Source of the DNA: Nitrospirota bacterium
Lineage (GTDB): Bacteria > Nitrospirota > UBA9217
Direction of reading: 5' to 3'
Assembly (NCBI GenBank): GCA_963790205.1
Contig: CAWBNQ010000005.1
Span: 1-64,000 of the forward strand
Length of the DNA stretch: 64,000 nucleotides
Position numbers and translations under genes: made by a program. This document shows, one piece after another, positions 61,464-64,000 of the stretch (within the stretch, counting starts at the first letter, position 1; every line of letters starts with the position of its first letter). Under the pieces are notes generated by a model that was not told the DNA's origin, made no database searches, and saw nothing but the letters and a program-made list of their open reading frames with translations.

Positions 61464-61681
61464 TTGCAGCAGCGTCATTCCGGATTTCACCCTGCACTCG
61501 CGCCAGGGCACAATACCGAGACCCATTGTCGTACCATCTCGCTGAGGATCGCGAGACGGGAATCAAGGGCCTCATAAACGCTGGGCGCGGGCGGAATGCG
61601 AATTGCAAATCCTTACGTTCCATTGTGCCGCTGTTCATTCCGCAATCCGCAATCGAAAATCCGAAGTCAAGAGGAGGCCCC

Positions 61682-62843
61682 ATGTTCCTTACCGCGGACC
61701 CAAAAGAGGTCCTTGAAGGCAGGATCACGGACGTGTATTTCGAGCGCGCGCTTGCGATCCTCAAGGCAAAGGGCATCAACCCGGTGGTCAAGGCCGAGTT
61801 CATTGCAAAGGAACTTCCGCGAGAATGGCCCTGGGCCGTTCTTACCGGCATGAGCGAAGCGATCGAGCTCATGAAACACCTGAAGATAAAGGTCAGGGCC
61901 ATGCGGGAGGGTTCGGTCTTTTACCCCTATGAACCGGTCATGGAGATCGAGGGGCGGTATCAGGACTTTTGCGTATACGAGACGGCGCTTTTGGGGCTCC
62001 TCTGCCAGGCGTCGGGCATTTCGACGCAGGCGGCGCGGATGAAGAAGCTCGCCGGGGACCGGCTCGTCATGAGCTTCGGCGCCCGCAGGATGCACCCGGT
62101 CCTGGCGCCCATGATCGAGCGGAACGCGTATCGTGGGCGGGTGCGACGGCGTGGCCGTGGTCAAGTCCGGCGAGATCATCGGTGAGGACCCCATGGGCAC
62201 CATGCCGCACTCGCTGGTCCTGTGCATGGGCTCCACGGTGGAAGCGATCAAGGCCTATGACGAGGTGCTCGATCCCAGGCTCAAGCGCGTGGCGCTCATC
62301 GATACCTTCCAGGACGAAAAATTCGAGGTCCTGAACGTGGCCCAGGCGCTGGGCGACAGGCTCTACGCCGTGCGGTTCGATACGCCCGGTTCGCGGCGCG
62401 GAAATTTTTACCGGATCCTCGAAGAGGCGCGCTGGGAGCTCGATCTCCGGGGACACGGCCACGTCAAATTTTTCGTAAGCGGCGGCATCCATGAAGCTGA
62501 CATCCCGGTCCTGAACCCCTTGGTCCACGGCTACGGCATCGGCACCTCCATCAGCAATGCGCCGGTCATTGACTTTGCCATGGACATCGTCGAGGTCGAC
62601 GGCAAGCCGCTCGCGAAACGGGGCAAATGGTCGGGCAGCAAAAGGGTGCTTGCCTGCGCGGCCTGCGGAGAGAGAACGATCGTTCCGCTGGCAGGCAAGG
62701 AGCGGCATCGGTGCTCCTGCGGCGGCGTCTTTGACGATCTGCTCATACCTCTGCTTGACAACGGGAGAGCGCTGCGGGAGCAGGAACCGGCGGCGCGCAT
62801 CAGGGAATCGGTCTTGCGGAGCGTGAAAGACCTGGAACTGTAA
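61682..62843 (+). CDS. pncB: Nicotinate phosphoribosyltransferase, frameshift near 62133
   Basis: TDVYF, SFGARR, GTMPH, VRFDTP, VSGG. Confidence 0.85.
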
Positions 62844-62887
62844 CGCGGTTCCCACCGTGCTCGATCGATATTCGCGGTGACATGTTG

Positions 62888-63931
62888 TCACCGAAGGCAC
62901 TTCCAGTATCTTCCGTGGATCGCGACGATGTTCTTTACCACCTGTTCCGCAGCGGGTGATGAAGCGCCTCCTTGAGGGGGTGTTGGTCCCAGAAGGGTAT
63001 TGAGCACCGACCTGACTCCATCCCTCAGCCCGCGGGGGTTGTAACCGCCTTCGAGCGCAAGTAAAACCTTTCCGCCGCAGGTCCTGTCCGCTATGTCCCG
63101 TACGATCGCGGCAAGCGCTCCGAAACCTTCTCCTGATACTTTCATGCTTCCAAGCGGGTCCTCTCTATAAGGATCAAATCCGGCTGACACGAGAACGAGC
63201 TCGGGACGATATTCGAGGGCGATCGGTTTCAGGACCGTATCGTAAACCCGATAGTACTCGGCATCGCCGAAGCCCGGAGGAAAGGGCGCGTTCACCGTAA
63301 AACCCTCGCCCGGCCCGCTCCCGACCTCGTTGAAATTTCCCGAGCCCGGATAGTAGGGGTATTGATGGGAAGAGAAGTAAAGGACCCCGGGATCATCGTA
63401 AAAAGCGCGCTGCGTGCCGTTGCCGTGGTGCAGGTCCCAGTCTACGATCAGAATTCTTTGGAGCCCGTATTTTTGTTTTGCATGTTCAGCGGCAAGGGCG
63501 ATGTTGTTAAAAATGCAGAATCCCATGCCGCGGTCCGGTTCGGCATGGTGGCCGGGAGGGCGGACGAAGGCGAAGATGGATTGCGGATTGTGGATTGCGG
63601 ATTGCGGATCGAGAAGAGCATCGACGCCGTTGAGCAGGCCGCCGGCTGCGAGCCGGGCGATCTCGTAGGACCGGGCGGACAGTCCCGTGTCGGGGTCGAG
63701 TTGGGAGTGGACCTTTCCTTCGGTTTTTGCCACGGTCTGAATGTAGAAGGGGTCATGAATAAGTGCGAGCTCGGATTCTGTTGCGAGGCGCGGTGCAATG
63801 ACCGGCAGGCCGGCGAATTCTCGGCCAATGAGATCATAAATCACGCGCAGCCGGTCCGGGCTCTCGGGGTGGCCAAGGCCGGGGTTGTGCTCCCGGTAGC
63901 GGTCGTCTTTGATGATGGCGAGGGATGACAT
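62888..63931 (-). CDS. Histone deacetylase family protein
   Basis: HPESP, RPPGHHA, DWDLHHGNGTQ, SAGFD, LEGGY. Confidence 0.95.
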   Translation of the reverse strand: MSSLAIIKDDRYREHNPGLGHPESPDRLRVIYDLIGREFAGLPVIAPRLATESELALIHDPFYIQTVAKTEGKVHSQLDPDTGLSARSYEIARLAAGGLLNGVDALLDPQSAIHNPQSIFAFVRPPGHHAEPDRGMGFCIFNNIALAAEHAKQKYGLQRILIVDWDLHHGNGTQRAFYDDPGVLYFSSHQYPYYPGSGNFNEVGSGPGEGFTVNAPFPPGFGDAEYYRVYDTVLKPIALEYRPELVLVSAGFDPYREDPLGSMKVSGEGFGALAAIVRDIADRTCGGKVLLALEGGYNPRGLRDGVRSVLNTLLGPTPPQGGASSPAAEQVVKNIVAIHGRYWKCLR

Positions 63932-64000
63932 TATTGCAACCTGAACGGGCATAGAGGAATAAAGCTGCGGCATGGACAAGAAAATGTCCACGCTGATAAA

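Overview
The window has three parts. (1) Bases 1-~3140 are an indel-rich fragment of an anaerobic aromatic-degrader locus: livG/livF-type ABC ATPases, DUF2080, a GNAT, and a bamB-like class II benzoyl-CoA reductase. It breaks off at what looks like a contig join. (2) ~3141-12552 is the end of an integrated mobile element. It carries a truncated Rad50/RloC-like ATPase, a 1.7-kb non-coding tract rich in GCGNAGC mini-hairpins, a Sak4/Gp157/SSB-like recombination module, AlpA and a tRNA-3'-end att site. Its AT-richer cargo operon encodes a 47-aa His/Pro-rich peptide ending in Gly (too short for the ORF track), a Cap2-like E2-E1 fusion and a Cap3-like JAB protease, with no cyclase, beta-grasp protein or effector nearby. 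This candidate peptide-conjugation system is the main finding. (3) 12553-64000 is GC-rich host chromosome: signalling genes, a selenoprotein with an in-frame UGA and SECIS-like hairpin, a P-type ATPase, an IS1182 inserted in a terminator, an IS1111-type IS110 element whose bridge-RNA guides can be matched to its target, transketolase, a full nuoA-N operon interrupted by GxxExxY/short-repeat cassettes, nagZ and hpt/pncA/pncB. All family calls come from recognising motifs by eye; no searches were run.
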